From an uncultured Collinsella sp. (lineage in GTDB: Bacteria > Actinomycetota > Coriobacteriia > Coriobacteriales > Coriobacteriaceae): a stretch of 64,000 nt of DNA. The DNA lies in contig CABRRA010000008.1 of assembly GCA_902473205.1 (NCBI GenBank), forward strand, positions 829-64,828. The letters are read 5' to 3'. The position numbers and the translations under genes were made by a program. Under the pieces are notes generated by a model. It worked only from the letters and a program-made list of their open reading frames with translations, was not told the origin of the DNA and did not search any database. Below, one piece after another: positions 45,702 through 58,580 of this stretch; position 1 is the stretch's first letter, and each line of letters begins with the position of its first letter.

Positions 45702-46532
45702 CTAGAGCTCCTCTCCGGCGGCCGTGAGCTCTGCCATGGCCTGCTCAAACTGTTCATCGTTGGGGGCCTTGCCGTGCCAACCAACCTGGTTCTCCATAAA
45801 GGAAACGCCCTTGCCCTTCATGGTCTCGGCGATAATGGCGGTCGGCTGACCCTTGGTGGCGCGAGCCTCGGCAAAAGCGGCGCGAATCTGATCGAAGTCG
45901 TTGCCGTCGGCGAGCTCCACCACATGGAACTTAAAGGCGCGGAACTTGTCGGCGAGCGGCATGGGGTCGTTGACCTCCTCGACGGAGCCATCGATCTGCA
46001 GACCGTTGTGGTCGACGATCACGCAGAGGTTGTCGAGCTGCTGGTTGCCGGCAAACATGGCGGCCTCCCAGACCTGGCCTTCCTCGCTCTCGCCATCGCC
46101 CAGCAGGGCGTACGTGCGGTAAGTATCGCCCCAGTGCTTAGCGGCAACGGCCATGCCCACGGCGGCGGAAACGCCCTGGCCGAGCGAGCCAGTGGACATG
46201 TCGACGCCCGGGGTGTCGTTCATGTTGGGGTGACCCTGCAGGTGGCTGCCGATATGGCGCAGCGTCTCGAGGTCCTCCTTGGGGAAGAACCCGCGCTCGG
46301 CGAGCACGGCGTACAGGCCCGGAGCGCAATGACCCTTGGAAAGCACAAAGCGGTCGCGATCGGCCTTGCGGGGATCGGCCGGGTCGACGTTCATTTCCTC
46401 AAAGTACAGATAGGTCATGATGTCGGCAGCGCCGAGCGAACCGCCCGGATGGCCGGACTTGGCAGCGTGCACGCCGGTGACGATGCCCTTCCTTACCTCG
46501 TTGGCAACCTTTTTGAGCTCTTCGTCGCTCAT
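45702..46532 (-). CDS. tkt: Transketolase, N-terminal (thiamine diphosphate-binding) subunit
   Basis: 276-aa ORF with SGHPGGSLGAADI, VLSKGHCAPGLY and GDGESEEGQVWEA (the ThDP motif). Confidence 0.9.
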   Translation of the reverse strand: MSDEELKKVANEVRKGIVTGVHAAKSGHPGGSLGAADIMTYLYFEEMNVDPADPRKADRDRFVLSKGHCAPGLYAVLAERGFFPKEDLETLRHIGSHLQGHPNMNDTPGVDMSTGSLGQGVSAAVGMAVAAKHWGDTYRTYALLGDGESEEGQVWEAAMFAGNQQLDNLCVIVDHNGLQIDGSVEEVNDPMPLADKFRAFKFHVVELADGNDFDQIRAAFAEARATKGQPTAIIAETMKGKGVSFMENQVGWHGKAPNDEQFEQAMAELTAAGEEL

Positions 46533-46778
46533 TGTGCCTTCCTTTCATCCTCATTAGGCAAAATGCGCACGGCGCCGAAGGTAATCCCAACACAGCCGCA
46601 ATGCACGTACGTCATTCATTATGCTGGAAACTGATGGCTTTACCAGAGTTTTTATCATTATTTGAACAATTTAGCAGGCAGAACCGCTGATGAAACGGTT
46701 TATCAATGTGAACGTCTTTTGGATGCGGTGTCTACCTCTCGCCCCGGCACAAAAATGATCCGCAAACCGAAATTCAGC

Positions 46779-47669
46779 CTACGCGTTAATGTCCTTGAAT
46801 CCCTCACCGAAGGCTTCCGTAACGTCGGCGACCGTCACAATGGCGTGAGGATCGCGCTCGCGCACGATCGTTTTGAGGGTGTTGAGCTCTCGACGGCTAA
46901 CGATCACCATGATCACCGGCTTCTCGACGCCCGAATACATACCGGTCGCCTTTAATTTGGTACAGCCGCGGCCCAGACCATACATGATGTCGGCCGCGAT
47001 ATCGGGAAAGTTATCCGAGATGATGAGCACCATACGACGCTTATTGCCGCCATCGACCACAGCATCGATCACATAGCCGCTAATCACCATCGAAAGTCCT
47101 GCGTATAGAGCATTTTCGAGCGAGAATACCGGAGCAGATGCCGCACATACGGCAACGTCGATTGCCATGACGGTCGAGCCCACCGGCAGCGAGGTGTTAC
47201 GCGAGATGATTTGGCCAATCGTGTCCGAGCCGCCGGTGTTGGCGCCGGCGCGCAACACCATGCCGTAACCAATGCCCGTGATAATGCCGCCCCACATAGC
47301 GGGAAGCATCAGGTCCGCATGTGCCAGAGGCGCTACAAACGGGGCAAACAGATCGGTAAAGAAGCCCAGCAGCACAAAGCCCGTCGCCGTCTGCACTACG
47401 TAGAACATGCCACCCTCGCGCATAACGATCAGCAGCAGCAAGGCATTCATCACGATGGTCTGGATACCGACGGGAAGCGACACGCCTCGCGCTGCGCCGA
47501 CTGCCTGGATAATCGTCGCAAGGCCCGTAACGCCACCGGCTGCAAGACCGTTGGGAATCAAAAACAGGTCGGTCGCGATGGCGGCCAAGGCACACCCCAA
47601 CATGATCTGGGGCAGATCGTGAAAGAAGTTCATCGAAAGAATGCGCTTGATGTCCAGACGATATGCCAT
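46779..47669 (-). CDS. YitT-family membrane protein (DUF2179 C-terminal domain)
   Basis: The track ORF is 46779..47693. I place the start at ATG 47669, after GAGGGAGG. It has LIPNGLAAGGVTGLATI and GANTGGSDTIGQII patterns and a C-terminal soluble domain. Confidence 0.8.
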   Translation of the reverse strand: MAYRLDIKRILSMNFFHDLPQIMLGCALAAIATDLFLIPNGLAAGGVTGLATIIQAVGAARGVSLPVGIQTIVMNALLLLIVMREGGMFYVVQTATGFVLLGFFTDLFAPFVAPLAHADLMLPAMWGGIITGIGYGMVLRAGANTGGSDTIGQIISRNTSLPVGSTVMAIDVAVCAASAPVFSLENALYAGLSMVISGYVIDAVVDGGNKRRMVLIISDNFPDIAADIMYGLGRGCTKLKATGMYSGVEKPVIMVIVSRRELNTLKTIVRERDPHAIVTVADVTEAFGEGFKDINA

Positions 47670-47836
47670 GCTGCCTCCCTCAAAAAAGCGCACCCCATCG
47701 GATGCGCTTTGAACTTCTTCTTGTATTCGATTCTACCGATTCGCCGGACAAAAACCACCCCTGTGCAGGGTATATTCTGGATACAAAACCACCCCGCTCG
47801 GAGGGTTTTAATCCATTTCCACATAAACTGAGCGGT

Positions 47837-48984
47837 TTATGCAGACGGGGCCTCCGCGTCTGCGTTGCCGGTAGCCCAACGGTGATAGCCAATCACAAAT
47901 GGATCCAGGTCGCCGTCGTCAAGAACTGCCTCGACGTTGCTGGTCTCCACGCCCGTGCGCAGGTCCTTAACCATCTGGTACGGGTAGAGCACGTAGCTGC
48001 GGATCTGGTTGCCAAAACCAATTGTGGTCTTGGGTCCGCGAATCTCATCCAGGGCCTCGGCGCGCTTTTCGAGCTCAATCTCGTACAGGCGCGCCTTGAG
48101 GATCTGCATGCACGCAGCCTTGTTTTGAATCTGGCTGCGCTCGTTTTGACACGTGACCACGATACCGCTGGGGAAATGCGTCACGCGCACGGCGGAGTCG
48201 GTGGTGTTGACACCCTGGCCGCCCGGGCCGCTTGCATGGTACACGTCGACGCGAATGTCATCGGGACTAATCTCGATATCGATATCGTCGGGCAGTACCG
48301 GAATGACCTCGACGCCGGCAAACGTAGTCTGGCGGCGTTTCTTGTCGTCGGTGGGGCTAATGCGCACCAGGCGGTGAACACCGGCCTCGGCACGAAGCAT
48401 GCCAAAGGCATCCTTGCCTTCGACGGTAAAGGTCGCGCGATCGATGCCGATAACCTCGGCCGCGGGGCAATCGTTGATGGTGACCTTCCAACCGCGGCGC
48501 TGGCAGTACTTCATGTACATCTTAAAGAGCATGAAGGTCCAGTCCTGGGCCTCCAAACCGCCCTGCCCGGGCTTGATGGTCACAATCGCGTCGCCATGGT
48601 CGAACTCCCCGGTAAACCAGCTCGCAAGCTCAAGCTCGTCGATGGCGCGGGAAAGGCGCTCCGCCGTGGCGGCAGCCTCCTCACGCAGCGCGGCAGCATC
48701 GGGGTCATCGCCCATTTCCTCGGCAAGCTCCAGCGCGGCGCGAGCATCGGAAAGCTCACCGCGCGCCGTATCCACGGCGGCGATGTCCTCCTTGGCGCGT
48801 GCAATCTCCTCCATCGTGGCGCGAGCGGCATCGGCATCGTCCCAAAAGCCCGGAGCGACGCTTTTGGCCTCGAGCTCAGCCACGCGGGTGCGCTTCTCGT
48901 CCAAATGGAGATACGACTCGACCTCGCCGAGTCGGTCCGCAAACGCGTCCAACTCGGCGGGAGTTACCTCTAGAGTCTCGGCCA

Positions 48985-48985
<1 letters not shown>
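47837..48985 (-). CDS. prfB: Peptide chain release factor 2, in a single frame with no programmed frameshift
   Basis: 382-aa ORF with GPGGQGVNTTDSAVRVTHFPSGIVV (GGQ) and VHRLVRISPTDDKKRRQTTFAGVEV at the stop-codon recognition loop. The ATG overlaps the secA stop (TAATG). Confidence 0.92.
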
Positions 48986-51792
<2,807 letters not shown>

Positions 51793-51935
51793 GTGGTTTT
51801 CCTTTTTTGGCCATCGCCCACGCCGTACAGCTGCGGGCGAGTTAAACACAGATGATTGTACTTTAGCCAAACAAGGCGCGGCCTATACGGTCGACCTCGA
51901 CCGCCACGTAATAACTACGACCAACCCGCCAAAAA

Positions 51936-52056
51936 GGGACTGGTTTAATTTGGCAGCTTTTATCTGGGAAAACGCTGTCTCTCTGCCATTTGGCGCAAAC
52001 CAATCCGTCCCCTTCGTACCAATCTGGTGCCATGGAGACAGGTTCGTTTGCACCAA
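51936..52056. repeat. Family F repeat cluster (three half-copies, mixed orientation)
   Basis: GGGACTGGTTTAATTTGGCAGC (51936-51957); TTTGGCGCAAACCAATCCGTCCCC (51989-52012, reverse orientation); GGAGACAGGTTCGTTTGCACCAA (52034-52056). Confidence 0.65.
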
Positions 52057-52060
52057 TAAA

Positions 52061-52096
52061 GGAAAAGGGCCGCGCACCCAAATGGATACGCGGCCC
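52061..52096 (-). terminator. Rho-independent terminator of rpmE
   Basis: On the minus strand: GGGCCGCG-tatccatttgggtg-CGCGGCCC followed by TTTTCCTTTATT, about 40 nt after the rpmE stop. Confidence 0.7.
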
Positions 52097-52133
52097 TTTA
52101 GCCATGAATGCGAGTGTTTGCTCGGCGAGCTAT

Positions 52134-52559
52134 TTACTCAGCAGCCTCGGTGGTCTCGGCCTCGGCAGCGGCCTCCTCGACGGGAGCCTCTGCGGGAGCC
52201 TCTGCGGCCTGCTTGGCAGCCTCCTCGGCAAACTTAGCGGCACGCTTAGCCTTCTCGGCAGCCTTAGCCTCAGCGGCGGCCTTGCGAGCGGCCTCGGCCT
52301 CAGCAGCCTTGGCGGCCTTGGCAGCCTTGGCCTCCTCGGCCTTCTTGAGCTGAGCGGCAGCGGCGCCACCGAACTTGTCGGCGAAGCGCTGGACGCGTCC
52401 ACCGGTGTCGACGAACTTCTGCTGGCCGGTGTAGAACGGGTGGCACTCGTTGCAAAGCTCGACCTTCATCTCGGACACGGTAGCGTGCGTCTTGAAGGTG
52501 TTGCCACAGGAGCACGTCACCGTGCACTCGACATACTGGGGATGGATACCCTGCTTCAT
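52134..52559 (-). CDS. rpmE: 50S ribosomal protein L31 with an Ala/Lys/Glu-rich C-terminal extension of about 65 aa
   Basis: 141-aa ORF: [63 protein letters not shown] is canonical L31. A low-complexity [24 protein letters not shown]... tail follows. Confidence 0.9.
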   Translation of the reverse strand: MKQGIHPQYVECTVTCSCGNTFKTHATVSEMKVELCNECHPFYTGQQKFVDTGGRVQRFADKFGGAAAAQLKKAEEAKAAKAAKAAEAEAARKAAAEAKAAEKAKRAAKFAEEAAKQAAEAPAEAPVEEAAAEAETTEAAE

Positions 52560-52885
52560 GGTAGGACTCCTTATTGGTCAGGCGCTGGTTACCGATCAGC
52601 GCATAAGGCGTCTTGGTTTCCGACCAAGACAACAAACTTGGCTATGGTACCACGGCGTCGAGCGTCCCACAAAAGGTTCACGGTCTTTGCACTGTGCATC
52701 GCGCCCAAGACACAGCAGACGACACGACGAATCGCGGCAAACGGGCGCCTTTGCCCCTTCTCCCATGTTGCAGACGTGTAACGCCGCAGCAAGGGTGCCC
52801 CTTTTGGCGCCAGACAGGTACAATGATGAACACTGTACCGTAGCGGAGCGCCCCCGCGCGCCGCAACCACGCGAAAGGGTTTCCC

Positions 52886-53173
52886 ATGGCCGAGATCTCG
52901 TCCTCCCGCATCGTCATCACCGTCCTTGGCAAGAACCGCCCCGGTATCGTCGCCGGCGTCACCCGCGTTCTGGGCGAGGCCAACGTCGACATCCGCGACA
53001 TTACGCAGTCCATTATCGAGGACATCTTTACCATGACCATGCTGGCCGACACCGCCGAGTCCAAGCTCGACTTCGCCGAGTTGCAGAAGGCCCTGGCCGA
53101 GGCAGGCGAGCTTTCGGGCGTCAACGTGTCCATCCAGCGCGAGGACGTCTTTAACTTTATGTACCGCCTGTAG
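52886..53173 (+). CDS. ACT-domain protein (UPF0237 family)
   Basis: 95-aa ORF: RIVITVLGKNRPGIVAGVTRVLGEANVDIRDITQSIIEDIFTMTMLAD matches the UPF0237 ACT pattern. Confidence 0.75.
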   Translation: MAEISSSRIVITVLGKNRPGIVAGVTRVLGEANVDIRDITQSIIEDIFTMTMLADTAESKLDFAELQKALAEAGELSGVNVSIQREDVFNFMYRL

Positions 53174-53250
53174 CGAACAAACCGCTCGGGGCAGCTTGAC
53201 GTCATATCGTCCAAGCGCGCCGCCCCAAAGCGGACCGGAGAGGAGCGCGC

Positions 53251-54669
53251 ATGGCCTACGACGCCAAGAAAATCTACTACCGCTTCGACGATCACCTGAG
53301 CCGCCTGGTTCTGGATTACGAGGCGAGCCGTCAGATTTCGCCCGAAAGCGAAAACCTCTACCACGGCCTGCCGACCGCCCCGTACGACGAGGGCTTGTTC
53401 GTAGAGCACAACGTCAAGCGCGGCCTGCGCAATGCCGACGGCTCGGGCGTGGTCGCCGGCCTCACTCGTATCTCGGATGTGCACGGCTACAACAAGGTCG
53501 ACGGAAAGGTCGTGCCCGATCAGGGCAAGCTCACGCTTCGCGGCTACAGCATCGAGGATCTGGTCAACAACGCCCAGGCCGAGAATCGCTACGGCTACGA
53601 GGAAGTCGCCTATCTGCTTATCACGGGTTCGCTGCCCAACAAGGAAGAGCTCGACGGCTTTTGCGAGCGCCTGGGCGCCTTTAGGCACCTGAGCGACGAA
53701 TACGTCCGCGAGTTCCCCATGACCACGGTATCGTCGAGCATCATGAATGTGCTTCAGCGCGCCGTGCTGCTGCTCTACGCCTTCGACGCCGAGCCCGACG
53801 CCATTACACCCGAGCACGAAATCGACGTCGCCATCTCCATGCTCGCCCGTCTCCCCCGCATCGCCGCCTTCGCGCATATGGCCTCGGTCGCCAAGCGCCG
53901 CGGCTCCGAGGTTCATGTACCGCACCCCACACCCGGCCTCTCCACCGCCGAAACCATCCTGCAGGTGTTGCGCGGCGGCATGGAATTCACCCACGACGAA
54001 GCCATGCTGCTCGACGTGATGCTCATGCTGCATGCCGAGCACGGCGGCGGCAACAACTCCACGTTTGCCTGCCGCGTGCTGTCCTCCTCGGCCACCGACC
54101 CGTATTCCGCCTACGCCGCGGCCATCGGCTCGCTCAAGGGCCCGCGCCACGGCGGCGCCAACGCCAAGGTCGTGTCCATGCACGAGGACATCCGTGCGCA
54201 TGTCTCCAATTGGGAGGACGAGGACGAGGTCGCAGCCTACCTGGGCAAGATCCTCGACAAGCAGGCCTTCGACGGCACGGGTCTCATCTACGGTATGGGC
54301 CACGCCGTCTACACGCTGAGCGACCCGCGCGCCGAGGTGTGCCGCCGTTACGCGCGCACGCTTGCCGCCAAGAAGGACTTGGGCGAGGAGTTCGCACTCA
54401 TCGAGCGCATCGAGCGTCTGGCCCCGCAGGTGATGCGCGATCACGGCATGACCAAGCCCATCTGCGCCAACATCGACCTGTACACGGGCTTTATCTACAA
54501 GATGCTCGGCGTGCCCGAGACGCTCTTTACGCCGCTGTTCGCCGTCGCCCGCATGGCCGGCTGGTCGGCGCACCGCATGGAAGAGCTCTTCTGCGCGCAC
54601 CGCATCATCCGTCCCGCGTATCGCCCGGTTATCGAGCCGCTGGAGTATAAGCCGCTCGCCGACCGCTAG
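53251..54669 (+). CDS. Citrate synthase family protein
   Basis: 472-aa ORF with LHAEHGGGNNSTF, LKGPRHGGAN and GMGHAVYTLSDPRA (catalytic His/Asp context). The long minus ORF 52678..54708 is its antisense shadow. Confidence 0.88.
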   Translation: MAYDAKKIYYRFDDHLSRLVLDYEASRQISPESENLYHGLPTAPYDEGLFVEHNVKRGLRNADGSGVVAGLTRISDVHGYNKVDGKVVPDQGKLTLRGYSIEDLVNNAQAENRYGYEEVAYLLITGSLPNKEELDGFCERLGAFRHLSDEYVREFPMTTVSSSIMNVLQRAVLLLYAFDAEPDAITPEHEIDVAISMLARLPRIAAFAHMASVAKRRGSEVHVPHPTPGLSTAETILQVLRGGMEFTHDEAMLLDVMLMLHAEHGGGNNSTFACRVLSSSATDPYSAYAAAIGSLKGPRHGGANAKVVSMHEDIRAHVSNWEDEDEVAAYLGKILDKQAFDGTGLIYGMGHAVYTLSDPRAEVCRRYARTLAAKKDLGEEFALIERIERLAPQVMRDHGMTKPICANIDLYTGFIYKMLGVPETLFTPLFAVARMAGWSAHRMEELFCAHRIIRPAYRPVIEPLEYKPLADR

Positions 54670-54693
54670 GACGCGGACCGTTATAGAACTCGA

Positions 54694-54731
54694 GCGTGGC
54701 CAGGGCATCGCCGCCCTCGGCCACGCTTTTT
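54694..54731 (+). terminator. Rho-independent terminator after citrate synthase
   Basis: GCGTGGCCAGGGC-atcgcc-GCCCTCGGCCACGC followed by TTTTTAT. Confidence 0.65.
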
Positions 54732-54756
54732 ATGCCAGCAGAAAGGGCTGCATCAT

Positions 54757-55599
54757 ATGATTGTGTTTTCCGATATGGATGGAACGCTGTTGACGAGCGA
54801 TAAGCAGATGAGCGATGCCACCTGGGCGATGCTCGACGAACTCGCTCGACGCGGAATTGAATTTGTGCCCTGCACGGGACGTCCGCTGTCGGGCATCTTT
54901 GAGCCCATCCTCGCCCATCCCGCCGTGCACTATGCCGTCTGCGCCAATGGCGCCAGCGTCTGGCAGCTCGACGACGATGTGCCCAACGACGCCTCGCGCG
55001 CCACGCGCATATTGAGCCGTCCGCTCGATCGCGGCATTGCCCATCGCGTCCATCGCATCGCCGCCGGCCACGATGTGACCTTCGATATCTTCGCGGATGG
55101 GCAGTGCTTCCTCCCCCGCTCGCTCTACACGCGCCTAGACGAATTCTGCGGCGGCGACCCCCACATCGCGGCTTCGCTCAAGCGCACACGAACACCGATC
55201 GACATGGATATCGACAGCAAGATCGACGAGGTCGAGACACTCGAACGCATCGCCATGTACTGGCACGACCCGGCAGATCGCGACGCCATCGCGGCGGAGC
55301 TCGACACGCTCGGAGGCATTGAGGTCACGCGTTCGTACGCCATGAATATCGAGGTCATGGGCGAGGGCGCCACCAAGGGAACGGCCCTCACGTGGCTGTG
55401 CGAGCATCTGGGCGAGCGTCTCGCCGACGCTTGGGCGTTCGGCGACAATATCAACGACATCCCCATGCTGCAGGCAGCGGGCCACGGCATGGCCATGATC
55501 AACGGCGAGCTCGAGGACCGCGAGGCCGCCGACGCCATCACCGAATACGACAACGACCACGACGGCGTCGCCCGCACCATCATGGCCGCCCTCGCCTAG
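54757..55599 (+). CDS. Cof-type HAD-IIB family hydrolase (sugar-phosphate phosphatase-like)
   Basis: 280-aa ORF with MIVFSDMDGTLL (DxD motif), TGRP, and GDNINDIPML. Confidence 0.85.
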   Translation: MIVFSDMDGTLLTSDKQMSDATWAMLDELARRGIEFVPCTGRPLSGIFEPILAHPAVHYAVCANGASVWQLDDDVPNDASRATRILSRPLDRGIAHRVHRIAAGHDVTFDIFADGQCFLPRSLYTRLDEFCGGDPHIAASLKRTRTPIDMDIDSKIDEVETLERIAMYWHDPADRDAIAAELDTLGGIEVTRSYAMNIEVMGEGATKGTALTWLCEHLGERLADAWAFGDNINDIPMLQAAGHGMAMINGELEDREAADAITEYDNDHDGVARTIMAALA

Positions 55600-55615
55600 C
55601 AGCATCAACCCGGCA

Positions 55616-55696
55616 GGGTAGCTAATTTGGGACGGGGCTATTTTAGCTACCTAACAAGCGGGTAGCTAAAATAGCCCCGTCCCAAATTAGCTACCC
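55616..55696. repeat. 81-nt perfect palindrome (36-nt arms, 9-nt loop) between convergent HAD genes
   Basis: GGGTAGCTAATTTGGGACGGGGCTATTTTAGCTACC (55616-55651), loop taacaagcg, then GGTAGCTAAAATAGCCCCGTCCCAAATTAGCTACCC (55661-55696), matching 36/36. Each arm is itself self-complementary at its ends (GGTAGCTAA...TTAGCTACC). Confidence 0.9.
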
Positions 55697-55758
55697 CCGG
55701 AAAACCGCAAGGACTGTCCCCCACTGCCGGCAGAAAAGGAACGTCCCCATCTGCCGGA

Positions 55759-56553
55759 TTAAGCGAGACTCTCCAGCACACGGCGGAGCTCCTGCTGGAC
55801 GGCGTGGTCGCGGTTACGACCCACCACGCGATCGGCAACGGCCTTGAGCGCGGGGCGCGCGTTTTCCATCGCGCAGCCCGTACCGACAAAGCGAATGATC
55901 TCGTAGTCGTTCATCGAGTCGCCAAACGCCATGACCTCGTCGCGCCCAATGCCGTAATGCTCCGCGAGCTGCGCGATGCCCGAGGCCTTCGACACACCGG
56001 GCTGCATGGCATCGATCCACGCGTTGCCCGAAGGCGCAAAAGTAAAGAGCTGACCAAGTTCGCGCTGAAGTACGTAAGCGCTGTCCATAACGGCACCGTC
56101 ATCGCAAAAGATACTCGCCTTGATGATATTTACGCTGGGATCGGGCAGCTCCCAAATGCGCTCGGCATTGGGAAGGTCCTTATCGACCTCACGCACGAAC
56201 TTGCACTCGTCATCGAGCAGGAAGGACTTGGTTCGGTCAAAAAGCGCAAGATGCAGATTGGGAAACGTCGCGACAGCCTGGGCGAGCCTTCGAATCGCCA
56301 GGTGCGAATACACCTCACGGTCTACCATTTTGCCGTCGGCGTAGACCTGGGCACCGTTAGCGGCGACAAAGTCCATCTTGTCGCGAACGGGCGCAAAGAA
56401 CTCGCACAGGCGATCGTAGCGACGACCTGACGATGCGGCAAAATGCACACCATGCTCGTGTAGCGCCAGAATCAGTTCGTAGGTCTCGGGAGGCACCTGG
56501 CCGTTTTCGTCAAGCAGTGTGCCGTCCATATCGGATGCAATCAGTTTAAACAT
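55759..56553 (-). CDS. Cof-type HAD-IIB family hydrolase
   Basis: 264-aa ORF with MFKLIASDMDGTLLDENG, SGRR and GDSMNDYEI. Confidence 0.85.
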   Translation of the reverse strand: MFKLIASDMDGTLLDENGQVPPETYELILALHEHGVHFAASSGRRYDRLCEFFAPVRDKMDFVAANGAQVYADGKMVDREVYSHLAIRRLAQAVATFPNLHLALFDRTKSFLLDDECKFVREVDKDLPNAERIWELPDPSVNIIKASIFCDDGAVMDSAYVLQRELGQLFTFAPSGNAWIDAMQPGVSKASGIAQLAEHYGIGRDEVMAFGDSMNDYEIIRFVGTGCAMENARPALKAVADRVVGRNRDHAVQQELRRVLESLA

Positions 56554-56714
56554 AGAAAAGCTCCCTTCGGGCTTGTTGGAATCGAACGTGTATCCGATTC
56601 CAACGTACCCAAAGGGAGCTCAGGTAAGACTCCGCGGGCGCAAACGTTACAAGGACCTGGCAAATAGCTCACACATGCCAGAGGTCCTACGGTCGCGGCG
56701 TCAGGCGACACGCC

Positions 56715-56765
56715 AAAGAGTGTCCCCGACGACTAGTCGTTTAAGAACGTCCCCGATGACTAGTC
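56715..56765. repeat. Family D repeat, direct configuration
   Basis: AAAGAGTGTCCCCGACGACTAGTCG-TTTAAGAACGTCCCCGATGACTAGTC. The TAG stop of the adenine deaminase gene (56760-56762) lies inside the second half. Confidence 0.8.
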
Positions 56766-58580
56766 GGCGTAGGTGAAGGTCGTGACGTCGAACATGCCCT
56801 CGGGGCGAATGCGGAGCGTCGGGATGACCGGCAGGGGCAGGAAGATGATGCCCATGATGGGGTCGAGCGGCGGCTCGATGCCCATGGCGCGCGCCTTGAC
56901 CATAAAGTCGTCGTGCTGCGCGGCGACATCCTCGGCCGTGCCTTCGCTCATCAGACCGCCGAGCGCCAGCGGAATGCGCGCCACGACCTCGCCGTTGCGC
57001 ACCAGCACGTGACCGCCCTGGCCCACAGCCTCAACAGCAGCCATCATATCGGCAGCGTTATCACCCACGACGCACACGTTGTGCGAGTCGTGGCCGATCG
57101 TGGAGGCAATGGCGCCACCGGTGATGGTGAAGCCACGCACCCAGCCGCGACCGATATGCTTGCCGACAAGACCCAGGCCCGCAGGACCATCACCGTCGGC
57201 GCCCTCGGCCTGCAGCGACACACCGCGGCCGTGGCGCTCGATCAGCATAATGCGGCGCAGGCCCTCGGCGCTCTCGGGGCGAACCATACCCGTGATGGCC
57301 TTACCCGGCACCACGTCGATCACGGCCTCACCCGGCTTAAAGGCATAGTCGAACACGTCGAGCGAAAGCTTCGGCAGCTTAACGGAGGCGCGCAGCTCAT
57401 CGGCAAGGGCCGCAACCTCGGCCATCTCGGGTGCAATCTCGCCCACAAAGGTGCCGTCCTGCGCCACCAGAGCACCGGCGGCATATACGCGATGCGGAGC
57501 CGTGGCAAACGTCAGGTCATTGAGCACCAGCAGGTCGGCACGCTTGCCCGGGGCAATCGCACCGCGGAGCTCGTGCGGGTCGCGGCAGCCGTGATCCAGG
57601 CCAAACGCCTCGGCCGTGGAGAGGGACGCCATGGAGATGGCGACCACCGGGTCGATGCCGGCCTCGATAGCCACGCGGCAGGCGTTGTCGATCATACCGG
57701 TCGAAAGCGCGTCGGAGGGAGCACGGTCGTCGGTCGCAAAGCAGCAACGACGGGCACGGGCGGGGTTTTCCAGCAGCATCGGCGACAGGTTGGCCAGGTC
57801 ATGGCTGCACGTACCCTCGCGCAGCATCACATACATGCCGCGAGACAGCTTGTCGAGTGCCTCCTCGGGAATCGTCGACTCATGGTCGGCGATAATGCCC
57901 GCCGCGGCATAGGCATTGAGGTCCTTGCCGGCAACGAGCGGCGCATGGCCGTCGACCTGCTTGGACGGCGTCTGGTTAGCGGCGTCGATACGAGCGCAGG
58001 TCTCGGGATCGGCCATAAAGACGCCCGGCAGGTTCATCATTTCGCCCAGACCAAAGACGTCGTCCGGATGCTCGGCAAAAAACGTCTGCATATCAGCGGC
58101 GGTAATGACGGCGCCGGCCTGCTCATCGGGCAGCGCGGGCACGCACGAGGGCATCATGTACTTGATGGAAATGGGCGCGCGACGGCCGTCCTCGATCATA
58201 AAGCGCAGGCCGTCCAGGCCGGAAACGTTGGCGATCTCGTGGCTGTCGGCAATGGCAGTGGTGGTGCCGCGCGTTGCCGCCATGCGCGCATACTCGGCGG
58301 GACGGATGTTCGAGGACTCAATGTGCAGATGTCCGTCGATAAAGCCGGGGGCGAGATAGCGGCCCTGGCAGTCAATAACCTCGGTCGCCTCGTAGGTGCC
58401 GGCGGCATCGTCGCGACCATCGTAGAGCACACCGACGATCACGCCATCCTTGACGGCAACGCTACCGGGCGCCACGCGCTGGCCGTACACATCGACAATC
58501 TGTGCGTTGGCAAACAGCGTGTCAACGGGTACACGACCCTCGGCGGCCTCGATCACAGATCTCATGACCTCAACGGACAT
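56760..58580 (-). CDS. ade: Adenine deaminase
   Basis: The track ORF is 56760..58739. I place the start at ATG 58580 (MSVEVMRSVIEAAEGRVPVDTLFANAQIVDVYG), after AAAGGAG. It has PGFIDGHLHIESS and later His/Asp ligands typical of Ade (amidohydrolase superfamily). Confidence 0.88.
   Translation of the reverse strand: MSVEVMRSVIEAAEGRVPVDTLFANAQIVDVYGQRVAPGSVAVKDGVIVGVLYDGRDDAAGTYEATEVIDCQGRYLAPGFIDGHLHIESSNIRPAEYARMAATRGTTTAIADSHEIANVSGLDGLRFMIEDGRRAPISIKYMMPSCVPALPDEQAGAVITAADMQTFFAEHPDDVFGLGEMMNLPGVFMADPETCARIDAANQTPSKQVDGHAPLVAGKDLNAYAAAGIIADHESTIPEEALDKLSRGMYVMLREGTCSHDLANLSPMLLENPARARRCCFATDDRAPSDALSTGMIDNACRVAIEAGIDPVVAISMASLSTAEAFGLDHGCRDPHELRGAIAPGKRADLLVLNDLTFATAPHRVYAAGALVAQDGTFVGEIAPEMAEVAALADELRASVKLPKLSLDVFDYAFKPGEAVIDVVPGKAITGMVRPESAEGLRRIMLIERHGRGVSLQAEGADGDGPAGLGLVGKHIGRGWVRGFTITGGAIASTIGHDSHNVCVVGDNAADMMAAVEAVGQGGHVLVRNGEVVARIPLALGGLMSEGTAEDVAAQHDDFMVKARAMGIEPPLDPIMGIIFLPLPVIPTLRIRPEGMFDVTTFTYAD

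Noticed and set aside
46691-46705. TGAAACGGTTTATCA as a cre/LacI-type operator upstream of the transketolase operon
   Set aside because: It is only a partial palindrome, it mismatches the central CG of the cre consensus, and it lies about 160 nt from the start codon. The support is insufficient.
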